The notes under the pieces were generated by a model. The model worked only from the letters and a program-made list of their open reading frames with translations. It did no database searches and was not told the origin of the DNA. From contig CAVSCK010000004.1 of NCBI GenBank assembly GCA_963726455.1, positions 1,728,001 through 1,792,000 on the forward strand: DNA of 64,000 bases, in the 5' to 3' direction. This document shows, piece by piece, positions 20,066-31,212 of the stretch (the stretch's first letter is position 1; every line of letters starts with the position of its first letter). Position numbers and translations under genes: made by a program. The stretch comes from an uncultured bacterium (GTDB lineage: Bacteria > Zixibacteria > MSB-5A5 > CAIYYT01).

Positions 20066-23000
20066 CTACTTCAGGAGAATCATCTTCCTGGTCTGTGCAA
20101 AATCATCCGTCTTCAGGCGATAGAAATATATTCCGCTGGCAACCGGCTTTCCCTCATCGTCGGTGCTGTTCCAGACGATCGAGTGTTCGCCGGCGCCTTC
20201 GAGCTGATCTACAAGCGTCGCGATCTTCTCGCCCAATACATTAAAGACGGAAACATTCACCTGGCCGGTGTGAGGTATCGAGTAACTGATGACTGTCTGC
20301 GGGTTGAACGGGTTGGGACGGTTCTGATCAAGTTTATAAGCCGACGGCAGATTGACGCCGCCACCGTCTTCCACCGGTGTGGCCTGACGATAATGATTCT
20401 TGGCCGAAAGCGCTGCTGCCTGAAGTGCACTCAGATTTGCGCCGCCGATCATGGCGAATGCGACTGTATCTGAAGCACCGGGAGCCAGATTAAACGGACC
20501 GGTGGCAATGCAGTACGACTGATCATACGGAGTAGAACTGGCGGTGTCTTCGAAGCCATGTGTGAGAAAACGAAACTTGGTTCCCTCACTGACAAGCCCT
20601 TCCGAGGGGGGGGGAGTGTACACATTACCAAGATTTCGAATAGCATAGAACGTGCTGACGCCTTCGGCATTGAGCACCGAAGTCCCGCGATAACTATTGA
20701 GAAGAGGTCCGTTCTGGTACATGTAGCCCAGCCCATAGGAACGTGAGAAGCCCGACCAGTCATAGCCGCCGCTTCCCCATGGAAAATCCCAGTCGCAGTA
20801 GAGGCCGGCATAGACGCCGTTGATCTGTGACGCAGTCGTATTCGTAATCACGAATTCCATGATGGCATATTGTGCGTCGGCAAGATCGGTATAGTTGGCG
20901 GTTCGTTGTTCAACCAAGAGACCTAACGGCCGTGAGGCGTTATTGTCATTGAAGCGTGAAAGAGTCTCATGATCTCCCAGCGTACCGCCCGAAGTGCTGA
21001 CCGTCAGGTTGCCTTCCAAAGCGACAGCAAAATCCTCGTCTGGAGAGCCGAGCAAATTAACGACTCCATCGGAAACATGAGTGCTGTCGGTGGCGATCAT
21101 CAGTCCGCACTGGAACAAATTATTGGTGGCTCCCTGCGGGAAAGTAAAACCGGCGCCGCCTTTGTTAAGAATTGAACCGGGGGCAAGGCCATAGGTGCCG
21201 TAGTTGCTGACTGTAAATCGGCAACTGTCGGTCGTCTGGGTATATGATGACTTGACCAGGGCAGTTCCGACGGTGAAGTACAACTTAATCGTCCGCTCAT
21301 AGCTGGACCCGTCGTGAATTATCAGATCGACGGTAATGATTGTTCCCTCAGCGATTGAATTCGAGAAGGAAATGCTATAGGGATTGCCGAAATTGCTGGC
21401 AGAAGAATTCCCAGGCATCGTGCCAAAGCTGGAGTATCCCTGCAAAATCGAGACACCGGCCGGAGGATTCGAAAGTACTCCGGTAACACCGACGGTGCCA
21501 GCTCCGGAGTTGCGGAGCGTAACGGTAACGCTGACAACATCGCCCGGACTAATGGGAGCGTGCGACGCCTCCTTGACATAGATGTAGACCTGATTGTTGG
21601 GCGCCAGTAAACGCTTGGCGGCCGGTAGATCAATCACGCCCCAACCAAAGTTATTATCCGGACCCGGCGCACCTTTGTCTACCGCTGAACGCATGAGGGC
21701 GGACTTTATGGAATCGACAGGTGCATTCGGGTTGTACTGTCTCAGGATAGCAACTGCTCCGGCGACATGTGGCGCCGCAAACGAAGTACCATCAGCAAGA
21801 CTGTAAGACGCAAGTGTATCGGCGCTGATTACCAGCACCTGATAGCCCGGCGCCATGACCTGCGGTTTGATTGAAACACTATCGCAATCGGACGGGCCGC
21901 GGCTGGAGCGCTGATAGATCGAGTCCTCATTAGTCGCGGAGACTCCGCCGACAGCGAAACTATTGTATAGGGTCGTGGCACGGTTGGCTGGGTTACGCAG
22001 CGACATTGGCGCGGGACCTTCGTTGCCACAGGCAAACACGACGACGGTGCCGAGCGCTTCCAGGTTATCAATAGCTTTCCAGAAAATATCAAGACAACTG
22101 ATGTTACTCTGCTTGAAACCCCAGGAATTATTCAGCACGTCAGGTACGTCGTCGACAGTATTAGGATCGCCATCCGGATCAGCCGCCCATTGAAATGCCT
22201 CGAGATAATTGGCGCCGGGAATATCAATCACGGCCGCACTGATCCAATCCGCTCCGAATGCGACTCCAAGGGTGTCGCCGGTAGCGTCATTTTTACCGAC
22301 CATGATTCCCATAGTGGCGGTACCATGCTGCCAGCCCTCAGGCAGGTCAGCAGGGGGTGCATTGTGTGGGTAGGTTTCCCCGTAGACCGGATCAAACCAA
22401 CACTGGGAGGACGGGAAACCGTGATTACCGTGATATGAATTTCTGAGAGCGGGATGCAGTCCGTTGACGCCCGTATCAAAGGAAGCTATCAGGGTTCCGG
22501 CGCCGGTCAGCCCTTGCGCCCACATACTGTCGGCATGAATCAGTCGCAGTCCGGAAGGCACGCCGATGTGTTGGGCGGATGTTGCCGTCGAATTGCTCGG
22601 CGGATAATATAGTGACTGCATCGGCAAGTCTTCGATCATGGCTTCAATATCGGGGCGATTCCTGAGTGTCTCGATAAAGGACTTAGTAGCTTCAATTTGA
22701 AGAGCATTCGTAATCCAGTATGTTTGGTACGAGCGAACTTCACCGCGCGATTTGGCTTCATCAAGAACTTCTGTAAGCGACGCCTGGCTCGCGCCAGCGA
22801 AATCCCGCAATTGCTCCATCAGTATCTTGTGAGACGCCTGACGGGTGAAGGTGGCGAGCTTGTAGTTCCTCTGTAGTGACTCTACATCTACTTGATCCTG
22901 CAGGAAGACCAGCACCGACACGAATTCTCCGCTCGTCCTGGCAGAGAGCGTAGACTCCAGTTGGTCAGAGAGCTGTGCCGAAATCGCCGAGGAAACATAG

Positions 23001-23071
23001 GGTAAAGAGCCCAGCAGAAGGAGGGCCACTAACGTCGTAAAGATCATAGGGACAGAAACGCGTTGCCTCAT
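20066..23071 (-). CDS. Secreted S8 (subtilisin/bacillopeptidase F-like) serine peptidase with C-terminal FlgD-Ig/T9SS-like sorting domain
   Basis: Catalytic DTG, HGT, GTSFAAPHVAG; C-terminal QNRPNPFNP...SGIYFYRL...RKMILLK. Confidence 0.92.
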   Translation of the reverse strand: MRQRVSVPMIFTTLVALLLLGSLPYVSSAISAQLSDQLESTLSARTSGEFVSVLVFLQDQVDVESLQRNYKLATFTRQASHKILMEQLRDFAGASQASLTEVLDEAKSRGEVRSYQTYWITNALQIEATKSFIETLRNRPDIEAMIEDLPMQSLYYPPSNSTATSAQHIGVPSGLRLIHADSMWAQGLTGAGTLIASFDTGVNGLHPALRNSYHGNHGFPSSQCWFDPVYGETYPHNAPPADLPEGWQHGTATMGIMVGKNDATGDTLGVAFGADWISAAVIDIPGANYLEAFQWAADPDGDPNTVDDVPDVLNNSWGFKQSNISCLDIFWKAIDNLEALGTVVVFACGNEGPAPMSLRNPANRATTLYNSFAVGGVSATNEDSIYQRSSRGPSDCDSVSIKPQVMAPGYQVLVISADTLASYSLADGTSFAAPHVAGAVAILRQYNPNAPVDSIKSALMRSAVDKGAPGPDNNFGWGVIDLPAAKRLLAPNNQVYIYVKEASHAPISPGDVVSVTVTLRNSGAGTVGVTGVLSNPPAGVSILQGYSSFGTMPGNSSASNFGNPYSISFSNSIAEGTIITVDLIIHDGSSYERTIKLYFTVGTALVKSSYTQTTDSCRFTVSNYGTYGLAPGSILNKGGAGFTFPQGATNNLFQCGLMIATDSTHVSDGVVNLLGSPDEDFAVALEGNLTVSTSGGTLGDHETLSRFNDNNASRPLGLLVEQRTANYTDLADAQYAIMEFVITNTTASQINGVYAGLYCDWDFPWGSGGYDWSGFSRSYGLGYMYQNGPLLNSYRGTSVLNAEGVSTFYAIRNLGNVYTPPPSEGLVSEGTKFRFLTHGFEDTASSTPYDQSYCIATGPFNLAPGASDTVAFAMIGGANLSALQAAALSAKNHYRQATPVEDGGGVNLPSAYKLDQNRPNPFNPQTVISYSIPHTGQVNVSVFNVLGEKIATLVDQLEGAGEHSIVWNSTDDEGKPVASGIYFYRLKTDDFAQTRKMILLK

Positions 23072-23259
23072 ACAAGTACCTCTTGGAGCGAACTATGTGC
23101 CGAAAGCGTTGGCTGGATTGCCGGTATTTGTGGTACGTCCAACCTGTTGTCGTTAAGCATGATAGCTGACGCAGCGATCGGGAGCCGCATTGGAGTGGGG
23201 TTGTGTTGTCATGTCGTTGTTAGTGCAATTACCTGCATTAAGTGTGCTCGGGAATTCAA

Positions 23260-23571
23260 CTACAATCTAACTGCCGTTCCGGCAGCAGTAACGAGAAGCA
23301 TCCCCTGGCGCACCACTTCGTAATCGATATCAACAGAAAGAACCGCATTAGCGCCGAGCCGTTCGGCTTCCGTTTCCATCTCTTTAATTGCAATCTTTCG
23401 CGCCTGCATCAGTTCGTTTTCATAGGCGCCAGACCTTCCGCCGACGATGTCGGTCACGGTGGCAAAAAGATCCTTGACGATATTGGCTCCCAAAACCGCC
23501 TCCCCGGCGACAATACCAAGGTACTCCCGCACCGGCTTCCCTTCTATAGACGGCGTCGTGCTACTAATCAT
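23260..23571 (-). CDS. YbjQ/UPF0145 family protein
   Basis: YLGIVAGE...GAN..KD...[11 protein letters not shown]...GTAV. Confidence 0.9.
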   Translation of the reverse strand: MISSTTPSIEGKPVREYLGIVAGEAVLGANIVKDLFATVTDIVGGRSGAYENELMQARKIAIKEMETEAERLGANAVLSVDIDYEVVRQGMLLVTAAGTAVRL

Positions 23572-23694
23572 CCATTATTCTCCGCAAATCCAGTACATTC
23601 TGAAGCATTATAAGCCGTGGCTACCAAATATGCAATTGGTTAAGTTGAGGTAACTGGCGAGATTAGCACGTAAACTTAATCGCAGCGATTGGGC

Positions 23695-23722
23695 TTGACA
23701 AAATTTCGAAGAATTATAAATT
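23695..23722 (+). promoter_or_regulatory. Promoter of the tRNA gene
   Basis: TTGACA-16 nt-TAAATT, about 30 nt upstream of the tRNA. Confidence 0.55.
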
Positions 23723-23750
23723 CTCTGCCCAATGGTTGAACGTTTGTGAT

Positions 23751-23824
23751 GGCGGTGTAGCTCAGCTGGTTAGAGCAGCGGAATCATAATCCGCGTGTCC
23801 GGGGTTCAAATCCCTGCACCGCTA
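23751..23824 (+). tRNA. tRNA with CAT anticodon, probably elongator tRNA-Met; CCA not encoded
   Basis: GGCGGTG/CACCGCT acceptor stem, D arm GCTC..GAGC, anticodon arm GCGGA-ATCATAA-TCCGC, T loop GTTCAAATC; lacks the fMet C1 mismatch and GGG/CCC anticodon stem. Confidence 0.92.
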
Positions 23825-23889
23825 TATCACTAAGTTCAGGAACTCCTTCGCACCTGTACCACACGCGAATCGGTGAAGTCTCTGCTGCC

Positions 23890-24512
23890 TCACGCGACTG
23901 TAATTTTGAATTTGCAGCGTTTGTCCCCCATAAAGGCACTGCTGACAAGTTCAACCTCGACAGGGCGATCAAGCAGTTGCTCATGCATCGCCTTCACATA
24001 GCCGAGCGAGCAGAGACAATAGGTACCCGACAATCCTGCGGGTTTGTTTTCCACTAACGGGCAGAGGTAGGCGCCCTCGGCCGATGCCTGGCCTGTCTCG
24101 GCTGCGTTCAGATACTGGAAATAGATCACATTTCCGACGACGCGGTACGATTCGTCCTTGACACTTTTCTTGACCCGCTCAGTGAATTGCTCCAGTGTGA
24201 TCGGCTTGATCTGCCGCTTGGTTTCGGCAATCCAGGCCAAATAGCAGGCCTTGCCATTGGCTATCATCAGTTTACTGCGGGTCTCTTTGTCGAGCGTGCT
24301 GTCCACTACACCAAGAACCTCGTGACCCATCCCTCGGCGAATTTCATCCGCGCTTCCGATCGCGGGGCTTCTGCCGGTTTGACCGGCGCCTGCGATGCCT
24401 CCTCGGCATGTACCTGCCCTATGTCTCCCACCATGGCACAAACACATGCGCCGACGCAGGTCTTTCCCACGTTGGCAAGAAACTCCTTTCGATTCATCGA
24501 GCCGTGTTTCAT
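23890..24512 (-). pseudogene. Frameshifted Cys-rich exported protein (DUF6144-like) with Tat-like signal; possibly a sequencing indel
   Basis: ORF 24512-24306 (MNRKEFL..CVGACVC..WVTRFL) continues after a 1-nt shift near 24313 into GVVDSTLD...GKAC...LCPLV...YCLCSLGY...RCKFKI; GGAGG SD. Confidence 0.6.
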
Positions 24513-24716
24513 CTCGGTTGCCTCCAGGATTACTCCACCTATTTCCAGTTTCTTTCCGATTGACTACTGTCTTGATTACGTTCCAATTGGAGAGGAAGTT
24601 GCGGCGGGCACTGGTAGTGAATTTTTCGAGGTAAGCGATTGCGTCATCTGTCTTTTTATTGACTTTAGACGCTCTAGTTGCCATAGTAGGAATCACAAAT
24701 TTGTAGACGGTGATTG

Positions 24717-26195
24717 ATGCTTTCGGTTTTTCGCAGAAAATCGGTCGACGAACTTCTTGGCGAGGCCAAGCAAGGCTCGAAGCAACTCAAGCGGGTCCTG
24801 GGTCCGGTTGACGTAACCATGATCGGGATTGGCGCCATTATCGGCGCCGGCATATTTGCGATGATAGGTGAGGCCGCCGTAGGTGCATCAAGTGGCTATC
24901 CGGCGGGACCGGCTCTTCTAATTTCCTTCCTGCTAACAGGTATTGCCTGCGGTTTCAGTGCCCTTTGCTATGCCGAGCTGGCGGCCATGGTGCCGATATC
25001 GGGGAGCGCCTACACTTACGCCTATGCAACTATGGGCGAATTAATCGCCTGGATCATCGGTTGGGATTTGATCATCGAGTACGCGATCGGCAACGTCGCC
25101 GTGGCGATTAGCTGGTCGGGGTATTTCAATGATTTCGTTCATACTACTTTCGGCCTCGATATCCCTTATTGGCTGCGAATGGATTATCGAACCTTTGTGC
25201 AAAAGGGAATCGATCTGACCACGGCTCCACATTTGTTTTCCATCCCGATTATATTCAATCTCCCGGCGGTTCTAATCGTCGCCGTTCTGACTGTGGTTCT
25301 GGTCATCGGAATTCGCGAAAGCTCGCGGCTCAACGATATCATGGTGCTGATAAAACTGGCGGTACTCGCGCTGTTTATCGGCGTCGGTCTGTACTACTTC
25401 AAGGCGGACAATTGGAAACCGTTCGCGCCCGGGGGGTGGCGCGGAATTCAAGTCGGGGCGGCTACCGTCTTCTTTGCCTATATCGGATTTGATGCCGTCT
25501 CAACTGTCTCGGAGGAAACTCGCAATCCGAAGCGTGACATGCCGCTGGGAATCATCGCATCGCTGGCGATATGCACTGTGATTTACATTCTCGTGTCGGT
25601 CACGCTAACCGGCATGATTCCGTTTCTTGCACTGCGTTCCAAGATAGCGGAACCACTGGTTGCCGGCCTTGAATACAATCAGGTTGCATCCTGGTTGATC
25701 GCAGTAATATCTCTCGGATCGGTGATCGCGCACACGGCTGTACTACTTGTATTTCAGATGGGACAACCGCGAATATTCTTCTCGATGAGCCGTGACGGTT
25801 TATTGCCGCCCTATTTCTCGAAAGTACACAAGCGTTTCCGGACTCCATATGTCACAACCATCTGGACAGGCGTGGCCGTGGCCGGACTGGCGGCTTTCTG
25901 CAACATCGATGAGATGGCGAATCTGTGTAACATCGGAACTCTTTTCGCATTTATTCTGGCCTGTGCCGGTGTCATAATCTTGCGGATACGCGAACCGAAT
26001 CGGGAAAGGCCATTCAAGGTTCCCGGCGGAATCGTCAGCGCGTCTTTGGGCATCCTGTTTTGCATCTGGTTGGTGTTCGGCCTGGACAAGATTACCTGGA
26101 TGCGATTTGTAATCTGGCTGGCAGTTGGTGCAGTGATCTACTTCGCTTACGGAATTAAGAGAAGTCGAATTGGGGCTCGAAAGCGCTCAGAGTAA
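24717..26195 (+). CDS. Amino acid permease (APC/CAT family)
   Basis: GAIIGAGIF, CYAELAAMVP.SGSAYTY, FFAYIGFDAVST..EE, QPRIFFSMSRDGLLP. Confidence 0.93.
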   Translation: MLSVFRRKSVDELLGEAKQGSKQLKRVLGPVDVTMIGIGAIIGAGIFAMIGEAAVGASSGYPAGPALLISFLLTGIACGFSALCYAELAAMVPISGSAYTYAYATMGELIAWIIGWDLIIEYAIGNVAVAISWSGYFNDFVHTTFGLDIPYWLRMDYRTFVQKGIDLTTAPHLFSIPIIFNLPAVLIVAVLTVVLVIGIRESSRLNDIMVLIKLAVLALFIGVGLYYFKADNWKPFAPGGWRGIQVGAATVFFAYIGFDAVSTVSEETRNPKRDMPLGIIASLAICTVIYILVSVTLTGMIPFLALRSKIAEPLVAGLEYNQVASWLIAVISLGSVIAHTAVLLVFQMGQPRIFFSMSRDGLLPPYFSKVHKRFRTPYVTTIWTGVAVAGLAAFCNIDEMANLCNIGTLFAFILACAGVIILRIREPNRERPFKVPGGIVSASLGILFCIWLVFGLDKITWMRFVIWLAVGAVIYFAYGIKRSRIGARKRSE

Positions 26196-26258
26196 TGGCC
26201 CTGACGCAATCCGACGATATCCCGACCACTTCCGACGCGACGGACTTCACCTCCAAGA

Positions 26259-29016
26259 TCAGAAGATAGAATAGAGTCCTGCGTTTGCCCGTAAATGGAA
26301 GTGATTCTGGCCAGCGTCAGGGTCGCTCAACCAGAGGGGCAAACTGAGATACATGACTTTCATGATTCGGAATTCTATGCCGGCGTCGGACAGGACTCGG
26401 TTTGACAGTCGAGACTGCATCGGACTACCAATACGTCCCACATCATAGAACAGCACTGGAGTGATTGACGGAAACGACCAGTCGAGTCTTTCGGTGCTCA
26501 GCTCGAGATTGACTGCCCACAAGCGATTGCCAAGCACGGCCTCGTTTTGATATCCTCTGACTCCACCACCATCAGTCGCGATAAACTTGTTAATTGGATC
26601 GACAGACGATCTCGGCACGCCACGAGCGATGCAGAGCTGATCTTGCTTGGGAGCATGGCCTGACAGCCCTCCAACTGATCCTGAAATCGTTGAAGTCAAT
26701 TCACCGGTGCGAATCAGGCGCAAGTCCTGGCTGAAACCAGCAAACCCTCTGGTGAACGAAAGAATCGCTCCATCCGATGTCCAGCCGTCATCGAAGGAAT
26801 AAGTAATCCGGGTCAGTCCCTGATAACCGCGTTGAATATACTCGCCACGAATTCCCGCGACGGTCGAAATACCAAGACTGAACCACTTGGGATCGAAATA
26901 CTTGGCATCGTATTTGTCGCTGTACCTGAGGAAGAGAGTGTTTCGGAATTGTGGATACGTCGGCAATCCCGGCGAAAAGACTTGAAGAGGTAGCGGCATC
27001 GATTTGCCGCTGGAAATTTCCAGACCGTAGTTTCGCATTCCCGCATAATTATCAGTATTAGCAGCTAGTTGAATTCGCCCATTCGAGACCAGCGTTGAAT
27101 AATTAAGGTAATACCCTACTTTGCGCGAGCTGAGACCGTAATTGAATCCGCCGGAGATCTTGTGGTACATCATCAGGTAGCTGCTGCGAAAATTCAGTCC
27201 GATGAGCCATTTGTCGGCATCGTTGTACCAAAGAGTGGGGTTTATCATCGCCACATAGTGAGTCGGATCCTCCAATGCACTTGGGAACAACGGCCGGACG
27301 AAGCGAAGCGGCGTACGCAACCTAACAGGTCTCGAACCGGTCCGGCAAGTATCCGAGGCAGACGGATCCGACACGAAGGAGCTTACGTCGGATGAACGGC
27401 TCGATGGATCCGGGAGGCATTGTCGGCAAGTTGGGGCGCGAGTTGCGGTAACAATTGCCGTCGAAGAAGCAGCTCAGATCTTTGCCACTGACTTCATCAA
27501 CTGTCCTCTCAAAATCTGCAATGGTGACGTGCTTGAACTTGAAATCGGAGTAGTACTTCCTCATGGCATTGGCGAATACGGAATCTCCCAATTCAGTGCG
27601 AAGACTTTCCAGCACCGACTCCCCTTTGGAATAGACTCCGGCATGATATTCCCATTCATTCCTGAACCGCCAAGCGGGTTGCGCCACCGGCGGATCGTAG
27701 CCATGCTTCAATGAAATGCGGTAATCAAGTTCGTGCGTCCAGCGATAGGGTATATCCGCAAAAATCGAAGCCCACCTCGGCAATGCAATGACCGAACCGT
27801 CCTTGTGGCTGAGTTCGGCATATTGGAAGGTGTAGTACTCGGCAAAACCCTCATCGAGCCAGGGATCATCCAGTTCGTTGTTCGCAATAGCTCCATAGAA
27901 CCAATTGTGCCCAACTTCGTGGACGGTGACATATTCAAGAGCGTGTGAATAAGGAATGCTGGCCGCCGGATCAAGCATTTCCAGCGTCGGATATTCCATG
28001 CCACCGGCGAGGAAATTGTACGCTTCAGCAACCGTGAGCGTCTGATAGGGATATGGCCCCACTCTCTCCGAGAAGAATCTCAACGCGGCCAATTCGTACG
28101 AGAGCAGGTTTTTCCATCTTGTTTCGATGTCGCTGTAAAGTACCAGCGCAGAGACTTTGACGCCGTCCCAGAGGGTATCGTCCCTGACATAGTCAGGCGA
28201 AGTCACCCAGGCAAAATCGTGTACGTTGTCAGCATGGAAATGAAGTGTCTTGGTGGCAGACACGCTTCCGTCAGCAATCTTACGCAACAGTCCGTCTTTT
28301 GCTTTCCGCGCATTGATTTCCCCATCCGCCAGCAATGGTATATCGTTGTTTCCTGATTCTCCCCTCACGTATGCGCCCGTCGCTCCGACATAGAATTGTT
28401 GCGGCAGAGTGATGCTGACGTCATACGTCGCAAATTCGCCGTAAAATTCCCCGATCAGATGATAAGGATCGTTATGCCAGCCCGATTGATCGTAGACAGC
28501 CATCTTGGGATACCATTGGGCAATCGAATATTCATCTTTGTCAAAGCGGAAACGTCCCGGCAGCGTCGGTATTTTGGTCACAAAAACCGTGTGAAGAATC
28601 AGGGAGTCACGCGGCGCCAGCGGTCCCGGTAATTTGACTCTAAGAGATGTGTCATCGACAGAGAAAGGGCAATCGGTGTTATTAACCGTCAGGTGAGTGA
28701 TGTCCAGATATCCCAACTCTCCTGAACGCGCCTGAGCGAACGTGAAATCGCGATAGATTTGTTCGGCCTCGCGAGCCATAACGCTGTTGCCATTTCGGTA
28801 GGCGTTGGGATACACATGCAGATACAGGTCGCTTAGAGCGGTATCGGCCCCGCTCCTGTAAATTATCGTTTCCTCGCCGAACAGCCGCTTGGTCTCGGTG
28901 TCGAGTCTGACCTTGATCTCGTAGCGCACAGTTGGCGGCACTACTGCGAAAGCGCTTTGCTCGCTGATTGACAGCAAGAGGATCAGAAGGGTCGCTGCTA
29001 TTCGAAAGCAGACCAA
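26259..29016 (-). CDS. M1 family aminopeptidase with C-terminal beta-strand domain, split by an apparent frameshift near 27460
   Basis: GGMEYP, HEVGHNWF...WLDEG in ORF 27322-29016; the frame of ORF 26259-27374 is open back to about 27475 and overlaps it. Confidence 0.75.
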
Positions 29017-29197
29017 CGTGAGAGACCTCCGTTTGGAAGCGTTAAGCTCTTTGGGATTGTACGCTCTTAGTCGAGTACTTGCACCACAAATTCATACATT
29101 CATGCAGAAGGTCGCCATGCCAATCAAGTGATGCGCATCAGCGGACCATCTCTAGTCACTTAGCAGCTTGAATATGAGGAAGCGAGTAGCTGGGCAA

Positions 29198-30418
29198 TTA
29201 TTCGTGGCGGAGAGCGTCAATCGGATCAAGGACGGCCGCTTTGCGCGCGGGATAGAAACCGAAAAAGATGCCGACGGCCGCGGAAAAGACGAAGGAAAGA
29301 GCGACTGTCTCCGGTGTGATAATTGGCTGGAGCGTCGTCCACTTATTCAGGCCGGCTACGACACCTGCCGACAGGGCGATGCCGATGATCCCGCCGCTGA
29401 GACTAAGAACCACGGCCTCAGTAAGGAATTGAACGAGAATATCGCTTTCCCGGGCGCCGACGGAAAGTCGAATGCCGATTTCACGGGTTCGCTCGGTGAC
29501 GGAGACGAGCATGATGTTCATGATGCCGATACCGCCGACCAATAGACTGACGGCGGCGATCGACCCGAGCAAAAGAGTCATCGTCTTGGTAGTCTCGGTG
29601 GCGGTGTCCATGATTTCGGCCTGACTTCGGATGGTGAAATCGTCATCCTGGCCTTCGTGCAGATTGTGGGTCTTCCTGAGGGACGCCCGGATTTCCTCGA
29701 TGGCGTTACTTACTTTATCAGGTGAGACGGCGCTGGCGTTAATCATGTCAATGTGCCGATCCCCTTTGAGACGATAGAGCACGGCGGTGGCGGGAGCCAG
29801 GATGATGTCATCCTGGTCCTGGCCCATGCCGGTCTGGCCTTTTGCTTTGAGGACACCGATGACAACAAAGGGGGAGTTTCTGATTCGAATGTTTTGACCG
29901 ACCGGGTTGATATCGGAAATAAATTATCGACCACGGTTTTGCCAAGTAGGGCTACATTTCGGCGACCAAGAACGTCCCTATCGGTAAAGAACTCACCGTA
30001 ATCAATTTGGTAGTTGCGAATATCGAAGTACGATGGGTATACTCCCATGACCGACGTAAACCAGTTGTTTCCGTTAGCGATTATCTGTCCGCCCGAGCGG
30101 ACAATCGGGGAAATTTCATCGATGTACACCTTGTCTCGATCGATTGCCTCAATGTCATCGAACGTAAACTGGCTTGAAGTACCTGCACCCATTCTCACGC
30201 CACCCGTGCTGACACTTCCGGGAAAAGCGATCAGCAAGTTAGTTCCGAGCGACGCTAATCGTGGCTTCGATCTTCGCCTGCGAACCTTCGCCGATGGCTA
30301 CCATGACAATTACTGCACCCACACCGATAATGATGCCGAGCGAAGTCAGCAGGCTTCGCATACGATTGCGCAGAATACTCCGTGAGGAGGCTTTCAATAG
30401 ACGCGACAGGGAAATCAT
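29198..30418 (-). CDS. MacB-like ABC permease with two apparent frameshifts (about 30255 and 29905)
   Basis: [17 protein letters not shown], then LGTNLLI..PG, then [31 protein letters not shown]...FYPARKAA; ATGA overlap with the ATPase stop. Confidence 0.85.
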
Positions 30419-31167
30419 GGCACAACCTCCGGCTCTTCCGGCTGCAGTGAGGCAAGGTCGGCGATGGCATCGTGACGTTCGGTTACGGGAATGTCACGCA
30501 CAATCCTTCCGTCATGCAAACTAACCAGACGTTTGGCATAACGAGCGACGTCCGATTCATGGGTTACTAATACAACGGTAACGCCTTCATTATTCAACTC
30601 CTGAAAAAGAGCGATGGTCTCAACTGAAGTGCGACTATCGAGATTTCCGGTCGGCTCATCCGCCAGCAGCAGGGCCGGTTTGTTGACAAGTGCGCGCGCT
30701 ATAGCAACTCGTTGCTGCTGGCCTCCAGACAGTTGGTTGGGCGTATGCTCCAATCTGTCGCTCAAGCCGACGCGAGTAAGAGCATCAACAGCCGCTTGAG
30801 TATGATTTCGAACATGATTATTGCGGTCATAGAACAGCGGTAATTCGACATTTTCCAGAGCGGTCGTGCGTGGCAGCAGATTAAATCCTTGAAACACAAA
30901 GCCGATTTTGCGATTACGGACGGCTGCCCGCTGATTTCTGCTGAAACTGTCGACACGTTCTCCATCCAGCAGGTACTCCCCTGAGGTGGGCGAGTCGAGA
31001 CAGCCGATCAGATTCATCAATGTCGACTTGCCGGATCCGGATGCACCCATGATCGCCACAAAGTCGCCCGGCTCGACGATTAGGTCGACACCACGCAAGG
31101 CGTGAACGGCTATGTCTCCCACCTGGAAAGTTCTGACCAGCCGATGTATTTCAATGACCTTATTCAT
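30415..31167 (-). CDS. MacB/LolD-like ABC ATP-binding protein
   Basis: [43 protein letters not shown]. Confidence 0.93.
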   Translation of the reverse strand: MNKVIEIHRLVRTFQVGDIAVHALRGVDLIVEPGDFVAIMGASGSGKSTLMNLIGCLDSPTSGEYLLDGERVDSFSRNQRAAVRNRKIGFVFQGFNLLPRTTALENVELPLFYDRNNHVRNHTQAAVDALTRVGLSDRLEHTPNQLSGGQQQRVAIARALVNKPALLLADEPTGNLDSRTSVETIALFQELNNEGVTVVLVTHESDVARYAKRLVSLHDGRIVRDIPVTERHDAIADLASLQPEEPEVVP

Positions 31168-31212
31168 GATTGCAAGTCACCTCTCGACATCAATTACGCG
31201 CGGAGAGCCAAA

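Noticed and set aside
23221-23240. TAGTGCA-ATTACC-TGCATTA palindrome as a second LexA box
   Set aside because: Two mismatches to TGCNC-N4-GTGCA, and it lies upstream of a secreted protease rather than a repair gene.
23751-24700. Genomic island integrated at the tRNA
   Set aside because: No integrase and no duplicated tRNA 3' end seen in the window.
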